Source: Macrostomum lignano (lineage: Eukaryota). From it: 64,000 nt of DNA. How positions within the stretch are numbered: position 1 is the stretch's first letter; each line of letters starts with the position of its first letter. The position numbers and the translations under genes were made by a program. The stretch spans positions 868,001 to 932,000 of the forward strand of contig NIVC01000087.1 of NCBI GenBank assembly GCA_002269645.1, in the 5' to 3' direction. This document shows positions 33,951 to 45,799 of this stretch, piece by piece. Under the pieces are notes generated by a model. The model made no database searches. It saw only the letters and a program-made list of their open reading frames with translations, and was not told where the DNA came from.

Positions 33951-34431
33951 AATCAAACTAAAAATAACAAGCTTTAAAAAAAATTTTAAGCGCCTAAATC
34001 ACGAAAAAGTCTCTTCTGCAAGTTTTAAGCACTATTAATTTATTAAATGTTTTTTCAGTGTTACTTTTTTATTCCAAGTGCACAATGTGTAGCGTTCTTC
34101 ATAATTCACACCATTTAAAAAGTAAGGCTTGGAGCCATGAAAACCTGTTGATGTACGTACTATTGTTTATCATTTTTTATTCTCAAAATTCACAGTATCT
34201 CTTTGTTGTACAGCGATCATCGCCTGACAGGGAGTACGAAGTGCTTTTTTCGCCTTTGCGCTAGCATAAAGGGTTATTTAATCGTTTTTTGTTTATTAAA
34301 TTTACTATTAAAAAGCGATTAATTTTTTTCTCCGTCTCGTCTTTACTTTTTTTCCAATGCAATTTCAATTTTTCTCTCCTCTTTTTCATTCCTCTGCTGC
34401 TCATTCATCATTTTCTTCCCTTTATTTTAAT

Positions 34432-35340
34432 CCCCATCCGAATCCTATGATCCCCAATCCCGAATCCTATGATCCCCAATCCCGAATCCTATGATCCCCA
34501 ATCCCGAATCCTATGATCCCCAATCCCGAATCCTATGATCCCCAATCCCGAATCCTATGATCCCCAATCCCGAATCCTATGATCCCCAATCCCGAATCCT
34601 ATATCCCCAATCCCAAATCGCATGATCCCCAATCCCGAATCCTATATCCCCAATCCCAAATCGCATGATCCCAATCCCGAATCCTATGATCCCCAATCCC
34701 GAATCCTATGATCCCCAATCCCGAATCCTATATCCCCAATCCCAAATCGCATGATCCCCAATCCCGAATCCTATGATCCCCAATCCCGAATCCTATATCC
34801 CCAATCCCAAATCGCATGATCCCCAATCCCGAATCCTATGATCCCCAATCCCGAATCCTATGATCCCCAATCCCGAATCCTATATCCCCAATCCCAAATC
34901 GCATGATCCCCAATCCCGAATCCTATGATCCCCAATCCCGAATCCTATGATCCCCAATCCCGAATCCTATATCCCCAATCCCAAATCGCATGATCCCCAA
35001 TCCCGAATCCTATGATCCCCAATCCCGAATCCTATATCCCCAATCCCAAATCGCATGATCCCCAATCCCGAATCCTATGATCCCCAATCCCGAATCCTAT
35101 GATCCCCAATCCCGAATCCTATATCCCCAATCCCAAATCCTATGATCCCCAATCCGAATCCTATGATCCCCAATCCCGAATCCTATGATCCCCAATCCCG
35201 AATCCTATGATCCCCAATCCCGAATCCTATGATCCCCAATCCGAATCCCATGATCCCCAATCCTGAATCCTATAATTTCCAATCCCGAATCCGATGATCC
35301 CGAATCCTATGATCCCCAATCCCGAATTCTATAATCCCAA
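34432..35340. repeat. Minisatellite, 21-22-bp unit (ATCCCCAATCCCGAATCCTATG)
   Basis: Tandem periodicity. Confidence 0.93.
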
Positions 35341-35894
35341 CTCAGAATCATATAATCTTAAGATCAAATTCACCATTCCATCTTATGGTTAGTAATATTT
35401 ATCTCGCAATTTCTACCAGCGCTAACGCACAGTTATGTCATACTTTTTTTTTGACAGTAGCGTGCTGTATTACAAATAATGCATTGGATCAGTAGCTATC
35501 GCATCTATTCACAATCTCATCCCGATCTACCTGATTTATCAAATCCAGTTATTAAATAATTCATTTTTCGTCGACCCTGCTTGTTTTTTTATTTGCTTGA
35601 TTTTCGCGTTTTTCTTAGTCTTTTCCCCTACCCTACGGATGCAAATTAATCTGCGCGGCCGCCACTCCGGCGCTCGAGCTGAATGTTGAAGCGGTTGCAT
35701 TACCTTTTTTTCTGCAACTCCTGACTGCATTAGCTCTGCTCTTAATCAGCCAATAATGAATAAATCTGTCAGTTTTCCCAAACTGTTTTCTTTAACTAGT
35801 TGCACACCTATTTTGCTATCGGCCTGTTTTTTGCCTTCTTCTAGCGGTGCACATGCAAACTGTTGAGGATAATGTGTCTTGGGAGTTCTTTATT

Positions 35895-37055
35895 TCTAAT
35901 AATGGTGTCTATAATGACAGGCAGCACCCCTGAGAATGGTGTCTGTAATGACAGGCAGCACCACCTAAGAATGGCGTCTATAATGACAGGCAGCACCACC
36001 TAAGAATGGCGTCTATAATGACAGGCAGCAAATCCTGAGAATGGCGTCTATAATGACAGGCAGCAACCCTGAGAATGGCGTCTATAATGACAGGCAGCAC
36101 CCCTGAGAATAACGTCTATAATGAGAGGCAGCACCACCTAAGAATGGCGTCTGTAATGACAGGCAGCACCCCTGAGAATGGCGTCTATAATGACAGGCAG
36201 CACCACCTAAGAATAACGTCTATAATGACAGGCAACACCACCTAAGAATAACGTCTATAATGACAGGCAACACCACCTAAGAATAACGTCTATAATGACA
36301 GGCAGAACACCTAAGAATGGCGTCTATAATGACAGGCAGCACCACCTAAGAATAACGTCTATAATGACAGGCAGAACACCTGAGAATAACGTCTATAATG
36401 ACAGGCAGCACCACCTGAGAATGGCGTCTATAATGACAGGCAGCACCCCTGAGAATGGCGTCTATAATGACAGGCAGCACCACCTGAGAATGGCGTCTAT
36501 AATGACAGGCAGCACCACCTAAGAATGGCGTCTATAATGACAGGCAGCACCACCTGAGAATAACGTATATAATGACAGGCAGCACCACCTGAGAATGGCG
36601 TCTATAATGACAGGCAGCAGCACCCCTGAGAATGGCGTCTATAATGACAGGCAGCACCACCTGAGAATGGCGTCTATAATGACAGGCAGCACCCCTGAGA
36701 ATAACGTCTATAATGACAGGCAGCAGCACCCCTGAGAATGGCGTCTATAATGACAGGCAGCAGCACCCCTGAGAATGGCGTCTATAATGACAGGCAGCAG
36801 CACCCCTGAGAATAACGTCTATAATGACAGGCAGCAGCACCCCTGAGAATGGCGTCTATAATGACAGGCAGCACCACCTGAGAATGGCGTCTATAATGAC
36901 AGGCAGCACCCCTGAGAATAACGTCTATAATGACAGGCAGCACCCCTGAGAATGGCGTCTATAATGACAGGCAGCACCACCTGAGAATGGCGTCTATAAT
37001 GACAGGCAGCAGCACCCCTGAGAATGGCGTCTATAATGACAGGCAGCAGCACTTA
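35895..37055. repeat. Minisatellite, 34-38-bp unit (GAATGGCGTCTATAATGACAGGCAGCACCACCTAA)
   Basis: Tandem periodicity. Confidence 0.93.
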
Positions 37056-37544
37056 AATGATAGAGGAAGCTCACATGTAAGAATCGCGGCCTTAAATGAC
37101 CGCGCCATCTAGCGGCACCTCGTGAGAATTTAGATTGCCTATTGTCCCTACCTGTACAGGCTTGCATACACTGTCCCTACGTGCACTGCGCTCAAGTTAA
37201 TTATCCCTTGCCCTGCGAACGGTAAAACCGGCTGGTCTAGCAGTCAATTTCCAAGAATCGCCCTCAAGAATTCAATTGAGAAATCTTGGTCTAGCGGGTT
37301 ATTAGACTGAATTATTAAACACACGCAGAGCCCCCGGCCTTACTTTAGCAATTAATTATTGATGGCTCTTACTCTGCATAAAAAGTCAATGTTTTGAATT
37401 CTGAAGGTAAGGGTGGTAAACAGATCTTTGAGTCGGTATAGTCTTGTCTCTACTCTTGGCAGGCTCAGCTAAAGTCTGCATTCTCCGGAGCCAAAACAGG
37501 TAAGTGATTTTTTTAATAAAGACCTCAGCAGGTTTGCCTTTGGC

Positions 37545-37995
37545 ACCGGGCCATTCACAACAGGTTTGGCGCAACTGTCACAGGTTTGGCGCCCCCTCAC
37601 AGCAGGTTTGGCGCCTTCACAGCAGGTTTGGCGCCTTCACAGCAGGTTTGGCGCCCCCCCCTCAGCAGGTTTTGCGCCCCCTAACAGCAGGTTTGGCGCC
37701 CCCTGACAACAGGTTTGGCGCCCCCCATTCACAACAGGTGGCGCAACTCTCACAGGTTTGGCGCCCCTCACAACAGGTTTGGCGCCAGCTCCTCACAACA
37801 AGTTTGGCGCTCCCCTCATAACAGGTTTGGCGCCCCCTGACAACAGGTTTGGCGCCTCTTCACAGCAGGTTTGGCGCCCCCTCACAGCAGCAGCAGGTTT
37901 GGCGCCCCCTCACAGCAACAGCAGGTTTGGCGCCCCCTCACAGCAACAGCAGGTTTGGCGCGCCCTCACAGCAGGTTTGGCGCCCCCCACAGCTT
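37545..37995. repeat. Minisatellite, ~20-25-bp unit (CACAGCAGGTTTGGCGCCCC), inside a probable 5' UTR intron
   Basis: Lies between a strong donor CAG|GTAAGT (37500) and candidate acceptors at 38061 or 38094. Confidence 0.85.
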
Positions 37996-38129
37996 GATAG
38001 GCCTCCATGATGGCTCACGCTCACACAGGGTGTACAGCGGCACTGAATTTCTCACCGACAGGCATGTACACTCTTTTCAAAATATTTCTTTAAGCTCACC
38101 CTGCCCGAGGCGCCAACCTGCAAAGCGAA

Positions 38130-38450
38130 ATGCCTGCCGCAGCCGCCGGTAAAAATCCGGAAAATCCTAACGATGATGACGAGAGTCTGCAGCTGGCTGG
38201 GGCGGCCCAGCGCCGGCTGTTCAACCTGGAGCACCGGCTGGACACGCTGTAGAAGGCCGGTGAGCACACGGAGCGGAGGCTGGCCCGCCTACAGCTCGGC
38301 CTGCTGCTTGCCGCCTTTCTCGTCATGTTTGGCTACTGCGTGTACCGGGTGTACGGCTATGCGGGCCTCATGCTGGGCGCCACCGCGGCTGCCGGGGTTG
38401 GGGCGCTGTTCTACCTGGATGATGAGGGATCTGTGCTGGGAATGAGCTGA
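38130..38450 (+). pseudogene. Small coiled-coil plus two-TM protein ORF (106 codons) interrupted by TAG at codon 41
   Basis: MPAAAAGKNPENPNDDDESLQLAGAAQRRLFNLEHRLDTL*KAGEHTERRLARLQLGLLLAAFLVMFGYCVYRVYGYAGLMLGATAAAGVGALFYLDDEGSVLGMS*; GC3-rich codon usage continues through the stop. Not in the supplied ORF track because of the stop. Confidence 0.55.
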
Positions 38451-39030
38451 GCTGTGTTCTACCTGGATGATGAGGGATCTGTGCTGGGAATGAGCTGAGC
38501 TGTGTTCTACCTGGATGATGAGGGATCTGTGCTGGGAATGAGCTGAGCTGTGTTCTACCTGGATGATGAGGGATCTGTGCTGGGAATGAGCTGAGCTGTG
38601 TTCTACCTGGATGATGAGGGATCTGTGCTGGGAATGAGCTGAGCTGTGTTCTACCTGGATGATGAGGGATCTGTGCTGGGAATGAGCTGAGCTGTGTTCT
38701 ACCTGGATGATGAGGGATCTGTGCTGGGAATGAGCTGAGCTGTGTTCTACCTGGATGATGAGGGATCTGTGCTGGGAATGAGCTGAGCTGTGTTCTACCT
38801 GGATGATGAGGGATCTGTGCTGGGAATGAGCTGAGCTGTGTTCTACCTGGATGATGAGGGATCTGTGCTGGGAATGAGCTGAGCTGTGTTCTACCTGGAT
38901 GATGAGGGATCTGTGCTGGGAATGAGCTGAGCTGTGTTCTACCTGGATGATGAGGGATCTGTGCTGGGAATGAGCTGAGCTGTGTTCTACCTGGATGATG
39001 AGGGATCTGTGCTGGGAATGAGCTGAGCTG
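38403..39030. repeat. Perfect 48-bp minisatellite, ~13 copies
   Basis: GCTGTGTTCTACCTGGATGATGAGGGATCTGTGCTGGGAATGAGCTGA repeated; lines 240 bp apart are identical. Confidence 0.96.
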
Positions 39031-39391
39031 AGAACTTTCTGATGGATAAAAATTCTCTCAGTTTCTGCAATTGAGAAACATTGTTTGGCATAAAAATCTT
39101 GAAATAATAATAGTTGTAACGCTCATAGTAACAGTAGTAATTCAGTTTTGCCTAAAAATTGATGCACCTGCTATTTAGTTTTTTATTCTTAGGCTTTGCC
39201 CATTGTGCCATGAAATTATCAGAAAAGCAATAATTATCAATCGAACGTTGATTATGATTTATGGCTGAAAACTTTCGCCAAGAATTCAATTGTATTTGGT
39301 TGTTCAGTCTCAATTTGGGGGTCTCTTAGAAGCAGGGCACAGCAAAGTATGTGTTAGAGGTTCAGCTAGGGCTCAATCAGGATCTTCAACT

Positions 39392-39658
39392 TCAAACGCC
39401 GCCGCCGCCGCCTCGACGCAGGCGAAAGATGACGGAGTCTGAGCGCGACTCGCTGCTCCAATCGTTGAGCTGTTTGAGCAGCTGCTCAATGTCGCGGTCG
39501 TCGGCGGGGCGCTTCAACAGGCGCTTCAGCATGAAGAACCTGTAAGGCTCGGCGCCGCCGCGTCGCTGATGCCAGCCGTCGTCGCCTACGGAGGGGGCCG
39601 CCGCGACCGTCAGGATGAGGGCGGCTACCAGAGTGCAGAGTAGCAGTGTCCGCGACAT
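39392..39658 (-). CDS. Candidate neuropeptide/prohormone precursor, 88 aa
   Basis: Hydrophobic signal peptide MSRTLLLCTLVAALILTVAAA; dibasic sites RR, KR, KR, RR flanking GGAEPYRFFML and ...SDSVIFRL; acceptor-like CTGCAG just upstream of the ATG. Confidence 0.7.
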   Translation of the reverse strand: MSRTLLLCTLVAALILTVAAAPSVGDDGWHQRRGGAEPYRFFMLKRLLKRPADDRDIEQLLKQLNDWSSESRSDSVIFRLRRGGGGGV

Positions 39659-40477
39659 TTTGCTGCAGTTTCAAAATCGGGTTGGGACTGTGGCGCTTTC
39701 TCAATTTTTTCCTGTTTTTATTTGTCTGGGGTTAATTGCTCGCCTTTTCGCTCTAATTAGCCTTCCATTTGCTAATGATGGGAGGCGAAACACCACCGAA
39801 TATTCCCTCTCTAGGGAGCAGCAGAATTGAAATTCAAATCAGGCCAGTTGCTACTCACTTGCTTTTACAAAGAAGCTCTCTCTTGCTCTTCGAGTGTTGC
39901 GATCAAATTTAACGAGAAAAATCTGCTGTCTTCTTGTCTCTCTGGGTTTTTTGTGTCCCGAAACAGGCGGCGAGCCGGCCGCTAAGGGGGGCCGGCGTTG
40001 CTTTTATTTTGTCCTCGAATGCAATTCCCCAAGGCAGTCGGGGAGAATTCGGATGAAAGTCTGGGGATTGGCGCGGGCGGACACGCAGCTGAGCGGCGCC
40101 CACCTATGGGGTCTCAACTGCTATCGAGTCCCGCTAATCTGACAGAGATCTGTCTAAGCGATGAGTCTGCGCTCCCAGCATCTCCCATCGGAGTTGTTCA
40201 TTGCAGTTACATAGTGAAATCGCTTCATCTGGGTTTGGAAATTATTTTTTTTAGAAATTCTACAAAATCTCTACTCACTTGTGGAGCTGCGTGACAGCAG
40301 TGGAAGACAATGTAGGGGATGCAGATCCCCTGGGAGCGATAACTCCGCTTGCCAAGATAAAAATATTTTATGCTTTTCATGCCTGAACTCTTCTATTGAC
40401 GATTCACTACGCTCGCCTGCTGGGTGAGTGCCTCAGTCCTGACCAGATCTGGCAGTTTGATGACAATGATGCATCAT

Positions 40478-40900
40478 TCACATTCACGCTGATGCTGTGC
40501 ATCATTCACATTCACGCTGCTGTGAATGTTGCTACAGCTGCTGTGATGCTGTACATCATTCACATTCACGCTGATGCTGTGCATCATTCACATTCACGCT
40601 GATGCTGTGCATCATTCACATTCACGCTGATGCTGTGCATCATTCACATTCACCGGTGAGCTGTCTCACTCAGATTTACCGGTGAACTGTCTCATTCACA
40701 TTCACCGGTGAGCTGTCTCATTCAGATTCACCGGTGAGCTGTCTCATTCACATTCACCGGTGAGCTGTCTCATTCACATTCACCGGTGAGCTGTCTCATT
40801 CACATTCACCGGTGAGCTATCTCACTCAGATTCACCGGTGAACTGTCTCATTCACATTCACCGGTGAGCTGTCTCATTCACATTCCCCGGTGAGCTGTCT
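40478..40900. repeat. Two abutting minisatellites (28-bp then 26-bp units) sharing CATTCACATTCA
   Basis: Unit switches at ~40650 from TGCTGTGCATCATTCACATTCACGCTGA to CCGGTGAGCTGTCTCATTCACATTCA. Confidence 0.88.
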
Positions 40901-41589
40901 GGATAAATTCCCTCTGCCCTTAGTGACCCCTGATTAAGCTGGAGGCTGAAGTGCAAAATGGCATCGTCAGTTATTTCAAAAGGGCAATTGCCACCTATCA
41001 GTTAGAGCCCTCATTAGCAAGCGCTGCACCTGTTGCAGTCCACAGTGAACAGTTGAGGGAGCAGCCCTCCCGACTAATAAACTGAGGCCAAAGCGCTTGA
41101 ATTAAAATATCATAATCTCGATCCTTTATGATGAGGCGGTTCTCTCTCAGCCTCTCAGCCTCTGATCCGACTCGTCAGTAGTTCCGCCAGTCAGAGGCCA
41201 GCAGCAGCGCCATCTGAGTACTTGTAGCTGAGTATGAAGAGAAATAAATACTATCAGCTACAGAGGTGGGTGTCCTAATCATGGAGCTTTAAACAAAATT
41301 ACAGGAATTGGACCAGTGCGGCCTGGAAATGTGATTATAACAAAATTCTAATTTAATTGCACAAAATATTTTTAACAATTTATTCAATCGTGCAGAGGGT
41401 TTTTGCTAAAATAAATGCTTGATGGTGGCTGAAATGAGTGTCTATGTGCTGAGAAAGTGATTTTGCGCCAAAATTGTGAATGAGCGCCAAGGCGCGTGAT
41501 TAGGCGCGCAAATTGGCGCAGCGATGCGTCAAAGAATGAGTCCAGAGCAGTAATAATCAAATTTTTGCGAAGTAGATTTTACAGTACAA

Positions 41590-42020
41590 GCCAATCTGAG
41601 AAGCCACATTTGAGAAGCAGCATTTGAGAAGCAGCATTTGAGAAGCAGCATTTGAGAAGCAGCATTTGAGAAGCAGCATTTGAGAAGCAGCATTTAAGAA
41701 GCCACATTTGAGAAGCAGCATTTGAGAAGCAGCATTTGAGAAGCAGCATTTGAGAAGCAGCATTTAAGAAGCCACATTTGAGAAGCCACATTTGAGAAGC
41801 AGCATTTGAGAAGCAGCATTTGAGAAGCAGCATTTAAGAAGCCACATTTAAGAAGCCAAATTTGAGAAGCCAAATTTGAGAAGCCAAATGTGAGAAGCCA
41901 AATGTGAGAAGCCAAATTTGAGAAGCCAAATGTGAGAAGCCAAATGTGAGAAGCCAAATTTGAGAAGCCAAATGTGAGAAGCCAAATGTGAGAAGCCAAA
42001 TTTGAGAAGCCAAATTTGAG
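41590..42020. repeat. Minisatellite, 14-bp unit (TTTGAGAAGCAGCA grading to TGTGAGAAGCCAAA)
   Basis: 14-bp periodicity. Confidence 0.93.
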
Positions 42021-42238
42021 AAAAAATCTCCTGTGCGGCACCCCCAGTTGCCAGCTTTTTAGAACTCCACGAATTTATAACCCTTCTCAGGTAAAACAAA
42101 ACTTGTGAGTAGCCGACTGTAGTGGCGGGTCGGCATGGGATGGGGTAGATAAATGCTGCATAGCCGGCCTCCCATCCCCTAGCAAAGTTGCACCGGGCCC
42201 AGGGCAAACGCAAGCAAAGTGCCGCAAACCACAGGGCG

Positions 42239-42535
42239 ATGCAGACGGGAAGTCGACAGAAGCAGCAGCAGGAGTTGAAGGATGAAGCCAGCGCCAGCAG
42301 CGCCAGCAGCGCCAGCAGCGCCAGCTCAGACACCGAGCTCAAAAAGTCTGAGAAGGCCAAGAGCCAGACCAGCAAGCAGCAGCAACAGCAGAAGAAGAAG
42401 AAAAAGAAGAGCAAGAAGAGCAAGAAATCGTCCCAGCCGGCTCAGTCGGCTGCACGGATGTCGAAATTTGGCGGCAAGAGTCGAACAAACGGCGGAGGCA
42501 AAAAGCGGGGCAGCGAGATGTGCGCTGTGCTGTGA
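42239..42535 (+). CDS. Polybasic, CaaX-terminated ORF (98 aa, or the last exon of a larger gene)
   Basis: KKKKKKSKKSKK...KKRGSEMCAVL-stop. The frame is open upstream to a possible acceptor at 42182. Confidence 0.5.
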   Translation: MQTGSRQKQQQELKDEASASSASSASSASSDTELKKSEKAKSQTSKQQQQQKKKKKKSKKSKKSSQPAQSAARMSKFGGKSRTNGGGKKRGSEMCAVL

Positions 42536-42624
42536 TTGCAGGACCGAAGTCCCAAATCAGGGATTCCAGTTTTGTTAAATCTCGATTTTCTTAAGCCAAA
42601 ACCTAGTTATATTATTTATTTGAG

Positions 42625-43085
42625 CTTGAGTCAGCGGGAACTTGAGTCAGCGGGAACTTGAGTCAGCGGGAACTTGAGTCAGCGGGAACTTGAGTCAGCG
42701 GGAACTTGAGTCAGCGGGAACTTGAGTCAGCGGGAACTTGAGTCAGCGGGAACTTGAGTCAGCGGGAACTTGAGTCAGCGGGAACTTGAGTCAGCGGGAA
42801 CTTGAGTCAGCGGGAACTTGAGTCAGCGGGAACTTGAGTCAGCGGGAACTTGAGTCAGCGGGAACTTGAGTCAGCGGGAACTTGAGTCAGCGGGAACTTG
42901 AGTCAGGGAACTTGAGTCAGCGGGAACTTGAGTCAGGGAACTTGAGTCAGCGGGAGCTTGAGTCAGGGAGCTTGAGTCAGGGAGCTTGAGTCAGGGAGCT
43001 TGAGTCAGCGGGCTTGAGTCTTGAGTCAGGGAGCTTGAGTCAGGGAGCTTGACTTGAGTCAGGGAGCTTGAGTCAGGGAACTTAG
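42625..43085. repeat. Minisatellite, 16/14-bp unit (CTTGAGTCAGCGGGAA), about 29 TGAGTCA motifs
   Basis: Tandem periodicity; motifs counted by hand. Confidence 0.95.
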
Positions 43086-43639
43086 TCAGTTTCAAAAAGT
43101 CGATTTTTTATTGAATGGCAATTTCCATCGGTAATTAATTTTAACAATAGTCTACAGCTTAAATTATTAATTATCCCAGTGAGCTGATTAATGACACCAG
43201 AATCCCAAAATTATACCCTGCGCTATAATTTATAGTTATACAGTATTGCTTATTACGGCATTTGACAAAGTTTCTCAACACTATACTGCAAAGATTTCGT
43301 TGTCAAAGCCTTAATCAATCAGGCAGCCTAGGCGCCCATCGGCATTTTCATTTGACTTACGATTGTAATTAATAGAACTAATATTGCAGCGCCGTGTCTG
43401 TCTAACCCTAGCTCTTAGCCTCGTATTTATTACATGTAATTTATATATTAATACAATTATTAAATCTTTTATTAAAGTGTACCAGGTATCGCCACAACAG
43501 AAAATCTAATTTTAACAGCAATACAGATACAACCAATGTAACAGATCGTATTTGCGAAAGACTGCGTTTTTATTTCAAGAAACTTTTAACTCCAAAAATT
43601 CATTGCATCATTTCCAATTATTTGCTAGCACACCAACCA

Positions 43640-44480
43640 AGCTTCCGTTCTGGAACTCCCACTCTACAACCGAGCATCCGTTCTGGAACTCCCACTCTAC
43701 AACCGAGCTTCCCATCTGGAACCTCCGCCCTACAACCGAGCTTCCCATCTGGAACCTCCGCCCTACAACCGAGCTTCCCATCTGGAACCTCCGCCCTACC
43801 ACCGAGCTTCCTATCTGGAACCTCCGCCCTACAACCGAGCTTCCCATCTGGAACCTCCGCCCTACCACCGAGCTTCCCATCTGGAACCTCCGCCCTACAA
43901 CCGAGCTTCCTATCTGGAACCTCCGCCCTACAACCGAGCTTCCCATCTGGAACCTCCGCCCTACAACCGAGCTTCCCATCTGGAACCTCCGCCCTACAAC
44001 CGAGCTTCCTATCTGGAACCTCCGCCCTACGACCGACCGAGCTTTCCATCTGGAACCTCCGCCCTACAACCGAGCTTCCCATCTGGAACCTCCGCCCTAC
44101 AACCAAGCTTCCTATCTGGAACCTCCGCCCTACGACCGACCGAGCTTCCCATCTGGAACCTCCGCCCTACGACCGACCGAGCTTCCCATCTGGAACCTCC
44201 GCCCTACAACCGAGCTTCCCATCTGGAACCTCCGCCCTACAACCGAGCTTCCTATCTGGAACCTCCGCCCTACGACCGACCGAGCTTTCCATCTGGAACC
44301 TCCGCCCTACAACCGAGCTTCCCATCTGGAACCTCCGCCCTACGACCGAGCTTCCCATCTGGAACCTCCGCCCTACAACCGAGCTTCCTATCTAGAACCT
44401 CCGCCCTACAACCGAGCTTCCCATCTGGAACCTCCGCCCTACAACCGAGCTTCCCATCTGGAACCTCCGCCCTACGACCG
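43640..44480. repeat. Minisatellite, 33-bp unit (CTACAACCGAGCTTCCCATCTGGAACCTCCGCC)
   Basis: Tandem periodicity with 37-38-bp variants. Confidence 0.94.
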
Positions 44481-45799
44481 ATCTTAGCAGAAACTGTGGA
44501 AACTGCCATAAACAGTAAACAGAAAAGCGCAGAGTTTCAAAATTCGGGGATACTAGCGCACAATTAGTTTTTATCAGAATTTAAATCAGAATTTAAATCA
44601 GAATTAAACGCTAATTTCTTATAAGTCGATCATGTTTTAAAAGACAAAAAATAGTGTATACCTGGCCTTTATTGTTCATCTTTATATAGCAAACAGTTTA
44701 CTTAATAGTTGGCCTACTAACAAGTAGCGAGAGAAGAATGTGAAGCCCGAGTACAAAACAACGCTTTGAGCAGTTCGCAGTTAAACGTGGCCTGCCGTCC
44801 GCCGGGGGGGGGGGTGGGTGGCTTGGGCACTGCAGTAAAACAAGACGGCACAAATATCGACCCGCAGTTATGTCTACTTCGCAGCTGACCCCTGCAAGGG
44901 CGCTGCTGTGTCCTCCTTGATGGTGGGATGCGGGAGAGGGCGGCGTACAAGGACAACTTAATTTGATCAAATCTAGAACCTGGAGCGAGGACTCCAATGA
45001 AAATTGCTTTTAATTTATAACTTTGAAGACGATTGAAGTTGAAATTCCAGATTCTACACCAATTACTGATCGAGTCTCCTTGACAGAAAAATTCGAGGGA
45101 CTCGAGATTAGAAGAGGAATCAGATGATAAAAAAGAAGGTTGCAAAATAAGGGTATCAAAGACACCTGTCTAGATTCGTGGACCTCCAAGTAGCAGCAGC
45201 CCGGACTAGAAACGAGCGGAAAATTTAATTGGTTTTTCGTCGAATTTATTAACTCTTTGAAACTCAATTCTCAGCACATGTGCTTCGGTGGTTGGTCCTC
45301 ATGGCTGCGAATCTCACGACAACCTCCCGGCCAAGTTTTCCCGCACACAAGCCACAAACGGAATCGAACCAGGGGTCGCGGCGCCTCTGGTATAGTAGTT
45401 AATTGGATTATAAATAATATCAACAAAAACGCTGACATGTATTAAAAAAATTACGCTATCATTATTATTATTGTTACGTTAGAGTTTAGCCGAGATATTA
45501 CTTGTTTTTGTCCCGGTTCCAGTCCAGAGGCTTATATCCAGGCATCCTTGATAGGGTATTTTCTGTCAAATATTGCCATTCGACCAGCGCGCCTATTACA
45601 GCTTTTACAGATTCGCGTGGGCGCTCGCCCTCGGCTAATAAACTGTACTCACCTCTGTGTGATTGGCTGCGCTCACCTATAAATTATTCAGAGACGACTT
45701 GCTCTTGATGAAGCTTTCATATGCAATATCATAATTTCACTCAATCGTAAGTAACCACCATTTGGATTCTCCATTGCCTAAGGCATTGTCTAGGTTTTC

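Noticed and set aside
32601-38252. Non-standard genetic code as the explanation for the in-frame TAA, TAG and TGA codons
   Set aside because: TAO, CPEB and SAM50 (well over 2000 codons in total) have no internal stops, and TAA and TGA terminate conserved genes at the expected positions. Isolated mutations, errors or element-specific readthrough are more economical.
44698-45708. Several 60-140-aa ORFs between arrays
   Set aside because: No domain, codon bias or consistent splice structure seen.
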